DNA from: Squalus acanthias
Lineage: Eukaryota
Direction of reading: 5' to 3'
Assembly: GCA_030390025.1 (NCBI GenBank)
Contig: CM059431.1
Location: forward strand, 117,988,001-118,052,000
Length of the DNA stretch: 64,000 nt
Under the pieces are notes generated by a model. It was not told the origin of the DNA. It saw nothing but the letters and a program-made list of their open reading frames with translations, and did no database searches. This document shows, in pieces, positions 46,966 through 59,709 of the stretch; the stretch's first letter is position 1, and the number at the start of each line of letters is the position of its first letter. The position numbers were made by a program, and so were the translations under genes.

Positions 46966-47850
46966 CACTTTTTGCTGCCCAGGTCCCTGAATCTGAATAC
47001 ACAGTCAGGACTATGCACCAAATCTCCTCCTGAATGGTCCAGGCAGTGGAAACGTTGCTATTACTAAAACTATTGCTGATGATATAAACAATATACACTG
47101 AAAATGTGCAACCTCTTAACATTTCTGAAAGTGACCTCATATTCAAGACACTACCCTGCTAATAAATTTACAAAGCAGAAGGCTTTGGCTGATTTTGGCC
47201 AGCTGTTTTTTTAACAGCTGGTTGAAAAGCAGGAAGATCAAAGGACACATCTGGGCAAACAAAGAACAATAGTAGGTAAAAAAATTTGCAGGAAGGTCCT
47301 TTTCCAGTACTGAGTAGGCAGTGTTGAGAAGGGATCTGGGTCTCTAAGAAACAGAGGGTGGGGTTCATGCCTTTTTTTTGTCAGTGTGTTAGTGTGACTG
47401 AGGTTGCCTTGATAATGTTTTGGAGGGTGCTGACATTTTTCACATGGTGGAAGAGTTTCAGCAGGAAATTTTCAGGGAATCGGCTATGTACAACTTGGCT
47501 GAGTATCCAGAAAGTACCAAAGTACACCTCTGTAAGTACAGTGTGAGAAGCTGACAGTGGCCCTCATAAAATGTATCTTTCTAAGGTAAAGTATCACGTA
47601 TCTGCAAATAAAAATAAATATTTGGGAAAAATTTAGAAAAGGCTGCAAGCGTTCAATAGCCTTTAGGTGGGCACTTTCACTAATACTAAAGTTAGTTCTC
47701 ATTTCATTGCCAAGATAGAGATACAGAGGTTTATGGGAGCCATCGACACACAAGATAGGAGATTAGTGAACTGCAGCCCAAAACGCAGTCGAGCCAAGAC
47801 CTAGCTTACAGTCTGACCCAGAACAAAGAGAAACAGGATACAGATAAGCT

Positions 47851-48372
47851 ACAACAGAAAATGCTGGAAACACTCAGCAGGTCAGGCAGCATCTGTGGAG
47901 AGAGAAGCAGAGTTAACGTTTCAGGTTGATGACCTTTCATCAGAACTGGAAAAAGTTAAAGATATAACAGGTTTTAAGCAAGTGCAGAGGCAAGGAAAGA
48001 TGAAAAGTGTTGGGTGATATACAAAGGCTGTTGATGATTCTGCCATCGCCATTCACACCTCATCTAGAGTCATCTTTTGTTTCTTAACTTGTCCTATTAG
48101 CTCTCTTTATGCCTTGCGCCATCATCCCTTTTGTCAGTCAATCTCTCCTACCTTCCAGCCTGTCACAGACCTTCCCTTTGTTCTTTCCTCCTCTCCTCCA
48201 TGTCCCTGCTTAAAAATCAATCTTCTCTGACATTTTCCAGTTCTGACGAAGGGTCCTTGACCCGAAACATTGACTCTATTTCTCTCTCCTCGATGCTGCC
48301 TGACCTGCTGAGTGTTTCCAGCATTTTCTGTTGTCATTTCAGATTTCCAGCGTCCGCAGGATTTTGCTATTG
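47851..48372 (+). mobile_element. Non-coding Penelope-like element with inverted pseudo-LTRs
   Basis: 12-bp TSD TACAGATAAGCT at 47839-47850 and 48373-48384. Inverted pseudo-LTR copies with hammerhead motifs at 47911-47947 (-) and 48239-48275 (+). Confidence 0.88.
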
Positions 48373-48419
48373 TACAGATAAGCTGCTCCAGACTTAATAC
48401 TCCTAACCTGGTCAGCATT

Positions 48420-48900
48420 GAGAACAACATTTATAGCACTTTTAACGGAGAAAAAACTTTCCAACGTGCTTCACAGAGCGTAAGGAAAAAGTGAATCTCA
48501 TATCAAATGAGGAGATATTATTTGGAGGGGTGACTAAACGCTTGGTTGAAGAGCTGGGCTGAAAGGAGGGTCTTAAAGGAGGAGAGGGAAATGGAGAGGT
48601 GGAGGGAATTCAAGAGTGTGGGGCCTCGATGGCTCAATACATGGTCACCAATGGTAAGGCGAAGGGAGGGAAAGATGTACAAGTGGCTAGAGTCAGATAA
48701 ACTGAGCATTTGGGGCTTGGGGTGGTTTGTAGGGCCAGAGAAGGTTACAAAAATAGGGAGAGGCGAGGCCATGAAGGGATTTAAACACAGAGATGAGAAT
48801 TTTTAATTTGAGGCACTGGGGGACTGGGAGCCCATACAGGTCAATGAGGACAGGGATGAAGTATAAGCGGGACTCAGTGTGAGATAGGATACAGTTAACA
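48420..48900 (-). mobile_element. L2-like LINE 3' fragment
   Basis: Same family as 38088-38475 (KILISVFKSLHGLASP...SFKTLL). Confidence 0.72.
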
Positions 48901-49322
48901 GGATCAAAGCATTACTGCAAAGGGGTGTACTTTCAGTGTGTAATTATTTTATTTATTCCAGCAAATCATTCAAAAAGTCCTGTATTTGCTGAGACGAACT
49001 AATCTTTTAATGCCCTCCTTATGGTCTCCTTCAGATCTGACAATTGGGTCAGAAGAGTCACTCAACCAACATCAATAATAGGTTACATCCGTGAGTAACT
49101 CCATTGAGTCAGCATCCTTTTTGGTCACGGTTCATGATGAAGATATTTCCAGTGACTTTCTAATTTAGTAGCAGCTGTGTACTTTCATGTATTCAGCTGG
49201 GACTGAATTTGGGAGGCAGACAAAGAATGACCTTGTTAAGGTAAAGGAAAAAGAACTTGAAAATCTGACACATTTTTACACTTCTTTCAATGCGTTCCTG
49301 ACCAAGTTACATTGAAAATAAA

Positions 49323-51585
49323 GGGCTAAAAATCCGGGTGCTTTACGCCGGCCATTACCGGCAAAATGTAGCGAAAAGACAGCGGACCCCGCTCTTTTGC
49401 CAGCTGGTGGCAGGTCCCGCAGCATCCGCCATTTTACGAAGACGACGATGCTGCCGGTAAGAGCGATGGCCCTGCAAATTTAAATTAGGGAGAGTTAACG
49501 CCAGTCGGTATGCAACGCCGACTTAACGTCACCTTGGCAAACTTGGACCTTAGCGCTGAGTTCAGTGATGGGTCCTAAGCTCGCCATGAAAACCCAGTGT
49601 TCAGCAGACTCACAGAGGTGCTGTCGGCACCTCTTAAAGGGACACAAACATCTTTCAGGTAAGTTTGCACTTAAGCTTTTGGAATGGATAATTTTGATTT
49701 TATTGAAGTAGTGGCTTGCTGTAATACATGTTAAACATTTTTTAAATGTACCGGAAGACTTGCTAGACACTTGTAAGGCCTCAGATGATAAAGGAAGGCC
49801 TCTGAGAAGACAGAAAATGCTGCAAATACTCAGCAGGCCGGGCAACATCCGTGGAGAGAGAAACAGAGTTCACTTCTCAGGTCGAGATGCTGCCTGACCT
49901 GCTGAGTATTTCCAGCATTTTCTGCTTTTATTTCAGACTTACAGCAGCCGCTTGCAGAGGGAAGAGGAAGACACAGAAGAGGAAGAAGCAGAAGAGGAGG
50001 AAGCCCAAAAAGAGGAAGGATGCAACCAGACAGCAGCATTCTGGCCAGGATATCTGGGATGGAATGATTCGCCTGCAGTACCAGTGACCACAATCACAAT
50101 TCCACTTTCAACATTTGTCCCACTCCTTACCTTCTCTCTGTTACTGACCATCACAGCATCCTCTAGGCCACAATGTTGAAATAAAAGCCACCACAAAGCA
50201 AACTTTCCAATCCAACTTTATACATCTATCCATCCAATATGACATCAAGAAATCAACTCATCACCCTTATGCATTCCCTTAGTGACTGTCTTGTGTATGC
50301 CTTTGCCCACCCTACGCAGCGTTACCCCAATGGCTACAGCATGGCTGGTGGAAGGCTGTTGACTTTCAGTGGGGGACTCTGCAAATGGCCTTGCAGGACA
50401 ACTTCGAGGAGCTGGTGGCTGGGAGCATGAAATCGAGTGATGGAGTTTCTTCTTTTTCTTCTTCTTCTTCTTCTTCTTCACTCTCCTCTCCCTCTTCTTG
50501 GTCATCCTGGCTGGGCAGGCTGCATTTCATGGATGTGTGAAATGAGGAAGGCACAAGGGTGGAGTTATGGTGATGGAGAGCAAGAAATCAAGAGGTGCAT
50601 GCGAGAAGGAGGATAACGTATGAGGGTACCAGCATCTTGTATCCTTTCAGCCCCACTGCTGGCCGAGGGCTCAGCCATGTCCCTGCCAAGAATGGCCAGC
50701 ACTGTCTCCTCAAAGGGGGTGAGGTGAAGCTAGGAATGGGAGGTGTGCCTCGTGATTGGTACAGATTGTTGGTAGGTGAGTGATTGGCTGGGGGAGTCGT
50801 GCATTGAGAAGTGTGTGAGGCTAGTCATTCAGTTGGTAGGAGATGGCTTTTGATGATGCATTCACTGACTTTGACCACTCGTCTGAGGTCATGAAGCTGC
50901 TTTGGCACTGAAGCTAGGTGGTGGGGGCGACACTGCTGGCAGTGACAGCCTCGGTGATCTGGTCCCACATCACTCTTTCTGGAGGGCCTCCTGGCCCCTG
51001 TGGATAGAGGGCCAGTCTTGCAGTGTTGACCCCCGGCACAAAGCTGGAGTGCTACGTGAGAGACACTGGGTGCCCCTTCCCTGGCTTGCTAAGCCATTTG
51101 TGTTAGTGCTGAAGCTCTTTTCCCATCTTGTGAGGTGCGGAAGAGAATTCAGCTTTAAGAGCTGATGACTCCCATTTGAGAATGTTTTTCAAATGTTAAT
51201 TTTTTTTAAAGGCAGTAGAGCTGTCAGGGCTGAAACTGCATTTTTTCTAGTTCATTTTTATGTTGATCATTTCAGAAGGCATTGCTCTTTTAAGCAAACA
51301 ACAATGCATTTCTCTTTTAATATCCCACAATGCCTGGCAAACTCATAGCCTCGTTTCCAGAGGCTGTTGGAAGATGCAACGCCGCTTCTGGACGCCACAT
51401 TCGGCACTGATGCCAGGAGTAACGCCACCAGGAGGGTGTTACACAGTGAGTTTAGCACTGGGCTAAAAACCTTTAGTCTCCAGCGTGAATTTTTCTCTCC
51501 TAATGACGCGACCATTTTCAGCGGCCGTTAACCCGAGGTCGCGGTGACACCGGCAACTTTCGCGTTGCAGTCCAATTTCCAGGCC
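49323..51585. mobile_element. Internally deleted Harbinger derivative, with a small Penelope fold-back insert at ~49808-49940
   Basis: GC-rich Harbinger-like termini, transposase acidic tail (~49960), Myb/SANT remnants on minus (~50260-51100). TSD not resolved. Confidence 0.65.
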
Positions 51586-51804
51586 ATTGTCTTAAGTGAC
51601 TTGGGCTAAATTAACACTAAAAACTAGTTATCACATGCCGCGACGGGTTTTCACAACGTCAATTTAGGGTTACAACTTTGTACATACAGGTTCCCAATAG
51701 CCTTTTAATCCTTGATATTTTCACAAATAGTCATTTATCAACACGCATCACAGCTTGCACCAAAGGTTTTCACTTCCCTCAGTTGCCTTTGACTAGTGTT
51801 AGTC

Positions 51805-52317
51805 TTCAAACACTAGTCTTCTCGCTCAGGCCAACATCCCCAGCATCGAAGCTTTGACCACGCTCGATCAGCTCCGATGGACGGGCCACATCGTCCGCAT
51901 GCCTGATACGAGACTCGCAAAGCAAGCGCTCTACTCGGAGCTCCGACACGGCAAGAGAGCCCCAGGTGAGCAGAGGAAACGCTTCAAGGACACCCTCAAA
52001 GCCTCCTTGAAAAAGTGCAACATCCCCACCGACACCTGGGAATCCCTGGCCCAAGACCACACAAAGTGAAGGAGAAGCATCTGGGAAGGCGCCGGACACC
52101 TCGAATCTCTTTGCCGGGAGCAAGTGGAAGCCAAGCACAAACAGCGGAAGGAGCGCACGTCAACCCAAGTACCCCACCCACCCGCCCCTTCAACCACCGT
52201 CTGCCCCACCTGTGACAGAGACTGTAGGTCCCGCATTGGACTCATCAGTCACCTGAGAACTCATTTTTAGTGTGGAAGCAAGTCATCCTCAGTTCCAAGC
52301 GACTGCCTAAGAGAAAG
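51805..52317 (+). mobile_element. RTE-clade LINE 3' fragment
   Basis: QLRWTGHIVRMPDTRLAKQALYSEL...KRFKDTLK and a C2H2 motif CPTCDRDCRSRIGLISHLRTH. 10-bp TSD AGTGTTAGTC at 51795-51804 and 52318-52327. Confidence 0.9.
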
Positions 52318-52979
52318 AGTGTTAGTCACTTTGCAAGTCAGGACAGTAAAGGTTTTATATGCTCAGCCTGAAGGATTAAGTAATGAAGCCTCGGCTTTTA
52401 CCCTGCTGTTCTTTCTGAAAGGCTGTGATATTAACAAGGGTAGCCTGCCAGAAAATTTTAAGCCCAGACGTTACCACAATGGTTTGTTGTAACTATCAGT
52501 GTGACACTGTCAATGTTAGAATTGTATGACAGCAGCCAAAGCATTGGAGAGGGGAACAAACCTCTGCTCTACCACTGATTGAGACTGAAATCTCATATAT
52601 ACATTTCAAAGACAAAAGCTAATGCTTACGGCTTAACAAATGCATCTTTGATGGTGATAACCATTTTTATGCACTACTCTTTACTTGCTGTTAAAATAGT
52701 AAGAAGTATCATCACTACAGTACTTGAGAATTAAATAAACCTAATTTAATTCAAATTTTATTTAAAAAGAAGAATAACAGCAATTAACAGATGGCCACAC
52801 AACAGCCAAATGCTTGCACCATGCAAGATAACTTGCTATGGGCAAAGATTCAAAAATTGACCCTCCCAAGCACTCCTCATATACAGGCAGATGTCTGACA
52901 GCATTTTACAATAAAGAGGAAAAGGATACGGTGGACAACAAACATGGATAAAGGGGAAGAAATGGAAAGGCAAGGATGG

Positions 52980-53915
52980 GAAACCAAAAACACAGTCAAA
53001 GAGAAATTTTCGAGACGGCTTTGGGAAGCAGGAACAGCGTTGGCAAGGTGGATGGAAATAGGCAGAGAATTGCAGAGTGCAGAAGCTTTGTGGCTGATGG
53101 TGGACTAGAAGGATTGAGGGGCAAAGAGAAATCCAGTATTAAGGTAGTGGAGGGAGTGTCCAGGCACATAAGCCACAAGGAGATCACTAAGGTAGGGTGG
53201 GCTGATGCTATGGAGAGATTTGAAAACAAGTGGAAATTTGAGACACGAGCTAGTGGAGCTTGGAGAGAATGGGGATGATGGAAATGTGAGACTTATTGCG
53301 GCTGCAAATGCAAACTTAGCGTTTTCGATGAATTAAAGCTTGTGGGCTGGGAGTGATGGAGGAAAGTTAGCTCAAAGTATCTTAGAAAAGCTGAGCCTCG
53401 GCGATGAAGCATAGACTAAGGTTTTCATTGCAGAAGGGAAGAAAAAGAGGCAGGAACAGACAATGTTGAAAAGCTGGTAGAAAGCAGTTTTGGTCGTGGA
53501 GTGGAGATTGGGGAAAGAAGCTGAGCTCTGGGTAAATCCGGATATAAAGGTTCCATACTCCCTGACAGCTTAACACGGCAAGGAAGTTGATAGACTCAAT
53601 ACAAGAGACTTGGAATTGCTGACAGAAGGCAAAGAGAGTGACCTCAGTTTTGCCGACAATCATCTGGAGGAAGCTTTGGCTTATTCAGGTTTTGATGCCA
53701 AACATAAATTTGGGAGTGCGGCAACAACATTTGGGCCAGTGGAGACAACAATAAAGTAGAGCTAAGTGTTGTCACCATAAACATGCAAAATGAATCCATT
53801 CACTGAGGGGTATTATATAGCTAGTGAAGAGGAGGAGGCCAAGGACGGATCCCGGGTACCCACCAGACGTGATCATTTTAGCAGAAGAGCAGAAGCCATT
53901 GGCAGCGATGTAGTG
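52980..53915 (-). mobile_element. Highly decayed L2-like LINE fragment
   Basis: Minus-strand remnants SGVPGIRP...FHFACLW*QHL (YADD region) and GKTEVTLF. Confidence 0.55.
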
Positions 53916-54352
53916 TAAAGAAAGAAATAACTTGTATTTATATACCACCTTTCACAAACTCAGGACATCCCAAAGTGTTTCACATTAAATAGAGGGGATG
54001 AAATTCATTATAGCCCAGGAATGGATGCTAACTTCTGAAAAGTTTGAGATTTGGCGCCAGACGCTAATGAATCTCGCCGCACGCAAAATTCAGTGTCATC
54101 GCTCAAAGAAAGGATGGGAGCGCTAAATCAAGCGCTAATGACCTAGCTCAGTGGAGTTAGACTCGAAGCACTGAACAATTTCAGGTGCAGTCTAATCGCT
54201 AGTCATCATTGCCACAGGCTCTTTCCAGTTCTTAAAGGGGAGGTTCAATCATGCTGCAGAACCTCATTCTCAGCATTGCTGCTTCTGCAGCTGTCTCAGC
54301 AAGAATCAGAAGGCCCAGGAGAAGGAACCGGACCACTGAAGGAGGTGTCATT

Positions 54353-56255
54353 ATGGCAGATCAACAGCCCAGGGAGAGAGCTCGCAGATTCTGTGACCAA
54401 GCATTGGAGGTGTGGTCTTCACTGTGGAGAGACGGAGGGCGGTGCTGTACCCGGCAAGTGGCAGGAGGCCCTCACCACAAGTCTTCCGCGCCATGTGGAG
54501 GGAGGTAGCACAACAGATCTCGGGCAGCACTGTGGTCCCCAGGACCCACACACAGTGCAGGAAGAAATTTAACAAACTCACTCGGGTGGTCAGGGTGAGT
54601 CAATGCTTCAACAAATGCTACATACCACCATCTGAACCTCAGTCTGCACACACTGCTCAAAGCACCACACCCCCAGCACTCACCCACCAACAATCTCTAA
54701 CTACCAACACTCACACCCACATCTCACACCTTGCACACAATGACAGCTATTCAACTATGGCAGGCACATCACCCAGACACATTGCTCCACACTCACTCAC
54801 ACACTTTCCTTTCTCTTGCAGGCCAAGGTCGCTCACAACAGGAGGGAGCAGGAGCGCACAGGCGGGGGACAAACCGACACCCAACCACTGTCTGAGCTGG
54901 AGGAAAAAGTGCTGCAAGTCATTGGGCGGCAGGTGGCGGGTGCTGTGGCCACCGGCGACGTTGAACCCCTTGGGGACAACAATGGTATGTTCATCCCTAC
55001 TCCTTCTCACATCCCACCTCCCCCTCACCCCAAAAGCCTTTCCCACTTTCCAGCTAATCATGCTGTATGCATGCCTTTTACCCTTCCTGCCCCCCTCCCC
55101 TCACCTTAACCCAACTCTTGTGCCTTTATGCTTTCAGATAATGAGCAAGCAGCTGAGCAGCCTGTCCCCGAGGGCACCGTAGAGAGCGAGGCGGAAGAAA
55201 AAAAGGACTAAGAACACACCGTGTCACTGCATATCTCACCCGCAGGCACCAGCTCAGATACTGGCACAAAGCATTCTTTAGTGGCTAGTATAGTAGCAGG
55301 ATCTGCACATGGCAATGCACTGGGAACGAGCGGGCTGCAGCAAGGCCAGGGGGAAAGGGTAGCTCGGGGGCCAGCTCCCCAGAGGGCGAGTTCGCAAGCG
55401 AGTTCTGCTGCACCCAACTCAGATGAGGACCTCGATGGGGAGGCCTTTAGAAGAAGGATGATGGGCATGCACACGGAGATGATAGGTGCAATGGCAAGGG
55501 TGCCTGAGAGCCTGTCGGCAATGGTAAGGAGTGCGGAGGAGTCTGCCTCCAACATTGCACAAAGCTCTGCACACACCATGAAACCCATCATTTGAAGTCT
55601 GCAATGGGTGGTCGATTCCCAGAGAGGCAGTGGCGACCCAGACCTCATGCTGCATGTGATGGGCGAGGTCGCAGTATCCATTGCAGCACAAGTGGAAGCC
55701 ACGCAACGTCTTAGTGTTGCAATGGAGTCTATGCTTGGTGCCATCGATTCTCAGATGGCTCTCATGCAGTCTCAGCTTGATGCCACTCAAGCTCTGACTG
55801 CTGCCATCGTGGCTGGGTTGACTACCGTCCCCCGGGTCTTTCACGGTGTTGCAGCAGGCCAGCAATCTGTGCTCCAGCAGTCTGGTAGTGATGATGAGGT
55901 GCTGCCCCGGGGGAGTGCCAGTGGGTCAGTGGAGCAGGAAGCTGCTGTCCGCTCTCAGGATGACAGCATTCCTGATCCCACCACTGCCACTCCGCCATAG
56001 CCTTTGTCACTGCCTGTCATCCAGCCAGCCCAGACTGCTGCCGCCCATGCTGAGGTGGTGCAGTCTACAGCCGGATCTTCCAGGCCCAGAGCTGGTCGAG
56101 GGCGCTCTGCAAGGTCACCTGAAGTCTCCCGCATGGACACTCAACAGCCTTCCACCCACCGTGCTGCAGCCACCGGGCCAAAACCTCGTCGGAGCATGAG
56201 AGCAGGCAAAGGCACTGTAAGAAGGGGCACAAAGAGATTGCACAAGGCTGAATAG
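54353..56255 (+). pseudogene. Harbinger Myb/SANT-like protein, 3 exons (54353-54594, 54822-54984, 55138-56255)
   Basis: MADQQPRERARRFCDQALEV...WREVAQQI...RTHTQCRKKFNKLTRVVR|GTGAGT; TTGCAG|AKVAHNRREQERTGGG...|GTATGT; TTTCAG|...RRGTKRLHKAE*. Contains frameshifts and stops. Confidence 0.9.
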
Positions 56256-56419
56256 CTAATAATCTTGTTGTAAATATATGTTCACTGATTATTGATCAAT
56301 TTATTAATTGGCTTTGGATGATTTTGTGGTGTCTCTCATTTCAGCTTTGCGCTGTGATATGACCTGCGACAGAGATGGAATGATAGGGATGTGGTGAGCA
56401 ACGGGGATCTGGGGTTTAA

Positions 56420-59214
56420 TTTATTGGAACCGCAGTCTGATGAGGCGGTCAGAAGGCCAATTGAGTAGCTGCCTCCTCCCTCGCTCCTGTTCCTCCTCCT
56501 CCTCCTCCTCCTCCTCCTCCACCTCCTCCTCCTCCTCCTCATCTTCCTCTTCCTCTTCCTCCTCATCCCCCTCCTCCTCTCCCTCTTCCTCCTCCTGAGG
56601 TGGTGTAAAGTTTCGCAATTATCGCGATTCAAAATAACATAAGAGAAGCAGATTCGTTTGATCAGTTTTATTAAACGAAATGCTGTCCTGATAATAAAGG
56701 ACACAAAAGCCTGTAAAATGGCCACCGAGCATCGTGGCAGAAGCTTCCAGAAATACAGTGGGCAGACAAGATGGCGTCGAATAAACATTCAATATAAGAT
56801 TGGATCATACTCGGTAAACACTGATAAAGACAGGATGCAACCTGTTTGCATTTGGAACAATAGCAAAGATATAAGTGCTGGAATCGTTTTCCATGCACAA
56901 GTAAGGATTATTGTACTGGACAATCGAAGGCCCATCCAGACACATCAATACACAAATACCCCCACGGCTCTACAATGAGAGAGACATTGACGGGTGATTA
57001 AGCAAGTATTCGGGGGCCCCCAAAACCAGTCAGGGAGACGATCTGTACACATCCTGGCTGGATCAACAGTGGGGAAAACATTAACGGATAGTTGGCCAGT
57101 TTCAGGTTCTACCGAAACCCGTTAAAGAGAAGAATCGCCCCATGCTGGGAGTTTTGAGCGCCAATATTACACAAAGGACAAACATTAAGATTTGAGCGGG
57201 AGATAAGGGAACACAGCACTATAACTATAGTGAACAAATGTCCATCGGTCTCTTTTTGACTCGCTCGATCGCTGGCTGAAGCTCTTCCTTAGGGCTGGAC
57301 TTTGTTGGCTCTTGACTCGGGTCGGTTATTCGAATGTTGGGTGGAGCTCACTCGGAACGAGCCGCCCCGACAAGGGCAAGTAACAGGGTGCACCATCCCG
57401 AGTGTCGGTAAACGGTGTCTGGACCCGGAGGCCCGAAGAGACGAGACGAGACGAGAAGAAGAGGAGAAGAATCCACGTGCCGCCACGGTCAGTAAACCCC
57501 GACCGCACCTGAAAGTATAATAAAGAACTTTTCATTGAAGTCTACCGACAACCGGTGTCGAACACAGGAAGACTCTTCTTTGAATTTTACAAACGTTTCC
57601 GAGTTCTGTCAAGTTCTTCATGACAACAGGGAGTCTGGCCTGCTTGTCGCAGCAGCGAAAATAAACAAGTGGGGTACAGAGACCCTTCCAAACACGTGAC
57701 AGTCAGGCGCTGCAGCGAAACGAGCCGAGTGCCTCACTTTAAAATTCTCCGAAGTAACACGAGTGGTGAGCATGTTTCCCGATCCTACAAATCTAGACGT
57801 AGTGTAGGTATTGTTAAGGGAGGGTGGTTATTAAGGTTAAAGTATAATGTGTTCCCCTTTTTACGATGTGCCGTGCGTTCTTCATTTCCATAGACCAAGC
57901 TTTATGAATGTATGTATACTTGTACTCTCGTTAATTTGCGCCTATGACATGTACTTCATGATCTTGGACGCTATGCAATAAAGATTTCCATTTCGTAATA
58001 TTCAACCGGGTCTATTTGAGTTTTCTCTGCATTAATGCTCCCTGCACCTAAGTCCAGTGTTAGAACCGTAAGGGCGAGTGGGTCGAACAACTCACAGGTG
58101 CTTATTGCAAAAAGGCTGGCCGGAGACCAGAGCAAGCAATAGTATTAGGCAATGAAGGCCTAACCTCGCACCAGCACCGTCTCTGAGAGACACGGTTCCC
58201 GAAACCCTTACAGTGGTCTCGCAATCCCTGGTGGCAAGGGTTGAGCCATCATGATGGCCATGATGTGGAGCATGCAGCAAACCACAATGAAATGGAACAC
58301 CCACTCCGGCGAGTACTGGAGGGCTCCTCCCAAGCAGTTAAGGCAGCGGAAGTGTTGCTTGAGCAGCCCGATGGTCTGCTCAATGATGCTCCTGGTGGCA
58401 GCATGGCTCTCATTATATGAGTGCTGGGCAGGGGTGCTGGGCTTGCGGAGGGGAGTCATGAGTCAGGTGGAGAGTGGATAGCCAGCCGCGAGCTTGATGT
58501 GGTGGCTGGAAGAGTGCTGGCACTGGATGAATGCATTTTGGCTGCTGCCAGGATAGCGGGCATTCACATTGAGGATTCGCTGTCTGTGGTTGCACACCAA
58601 CTGCATATTAAGTGAGTGGTAGCCTTTGCAGTTACGGAAGATCTCAGAATTGTTAGGCGGTGTCCGCAAAGCCACGTTGGTGCAGTCAATGGCGCCTTGC
58701 ACCATGGGGAAGCCCGCTATCCTGGCAAAGCCACATGCATGTTCGTCCTGCTTCTCTCTGGTGATGGGGAAGGAAATGTATTCCCTTCTCCGACTGTAGA
58801 GAGCCTCTGTGACCTCCCAGATGTAACGATGGACGGCAAACTGCAAGATGTTCGCTATATCTCCTGTTGCAGATGGAAGGTACCGCTGTCGAAGAAATTG
58901 AGGGCGACGGTGACCTTGCCTGCCACTGAGAGAGCCGTGGTCGACCTGATCTGAGGCTCGAGGTCTGGTTGCAGGAGGTGGCAGAGTTCGGTGACCACGT
59001 CCTTGCTGAAGCAGAGCCGTCTAATGCACTTCTCCCTGCTTAATTGAAGGTAGGGGAAGTGCTCTCGGAATAACCTCGAAGGGTAAGGCCTCCTGTTGAG
59101 AGCCCTGATGGCCCTCCTTCTCCCTCTGGCTACATCTTGCAATCTTTCTCGTTGCCTCCGCTCCCTCCGCAGTAGATCCTGGAGGGAGAGGTCGACTGCC
59201 AGTACAGCCCCCAT
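56420..59214 (-). pseudogene. Harbinger DDE transposase (HARBI1-like), split by a solo LTR
   Basis: RRPYPSRLFREHF...KVTVALNFFDSGTF, IAGFPMVQGAIDCTNVAL, KGYHSLNMQLVC, IIEQTIGLLKQHFRCL, VCCMLH, poly-E tail. Confidence 0.92.
56604..58212 (+). mobile_element. Long solo LTR (1609 bp), related to 35065-36780
   Basis: TGTAAAGTTTCG...CGAAACCCTTACA imperfect terminal IR. 4-bp TSD GTGG at 56600-56603 and 58213-58216. AATAAA at 57977. Confidence 0.9.
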
Positions 59215-59709
59215 TAATGTAACGATATGTAGCACTTTGAAATTTTGTCAGAATAAATGTAACAATTTTTTAGTAGCCACAACACTCCTGATACTAAAGA
59301 ACCTTTAAATGACTGAATTAAACTCTTGCACAATTGTAAACAGACAAGAAAGCAGTGAAACAGCACCAACCTGACAGCTGTGACTGATCCCTTTAAATAA
59401 CGCCCCCGGAGCCGCCATCCACCTGCTTCACGCCTCCTCTTCCTGTCATTGTCGGGGCGAGGCTCTCAGGCAGGGGCTGATAATCAATTTGGCAGATCGG
59501 GCACTGAGTGAGCCCCAGGTGCTAACTGTTAGCAGCGGCGCTAAGGGGTGATTGGATTTGGCGTGCAGCGCTGGATTCTCCTTGCCCCGGCGCTACTTCA
59601 TTAGCGCCCGATTAGCGCTCCCGCCAGGTGCTAACAGGAGGCGCTAACCAACCAAATTTCTCCCGCTAAGTTTTTTAAAATATAGTCATTGCTGTAAAGT
59701 AAGGAAACT

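Larger units (their letters stand above)
39180..46990. mobile_element. Older, internally deleted Harbinger element, split by the younger Harbinger at 40201-46235
   Basis: Myb/SANT exon 1 on + from 39416 (MAVKGTKRAPRFSDAALEALV...KKFNDLTRVVK|GTAAG) and gene end ...LHKGD at ~40165. After the insert comes the minus-strand acidic transposase tail (46430-46980). Confidence 0.65.
53993..59666. mobile_element. PIF/Harbinger transposon (two-gene), inserted in a SINE tail and interrupted by a solo LTR
   Basis: Degenerate TIR (AGGGGATGAAATT / AATTTCTCCCGC). Subterminal motifs shared with the MITE at 8297-9026. Convergent genes. Confidence 0.88.

Noticed and set aside
46361..47146. Long ORFs rich in Leu, Pro, Gly or Glu on both strands
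   Set aside because: They are translations of the CCT/GAT minisatellite, which lacks stop codons. No evidence of a real gene.
49035..49096. Short candidate coding exon (TTCAG| ... |GTGAGT)
   Set aside because: Only ~19 codons, no recognisable protein similarity and no supporting neighbouring exons.
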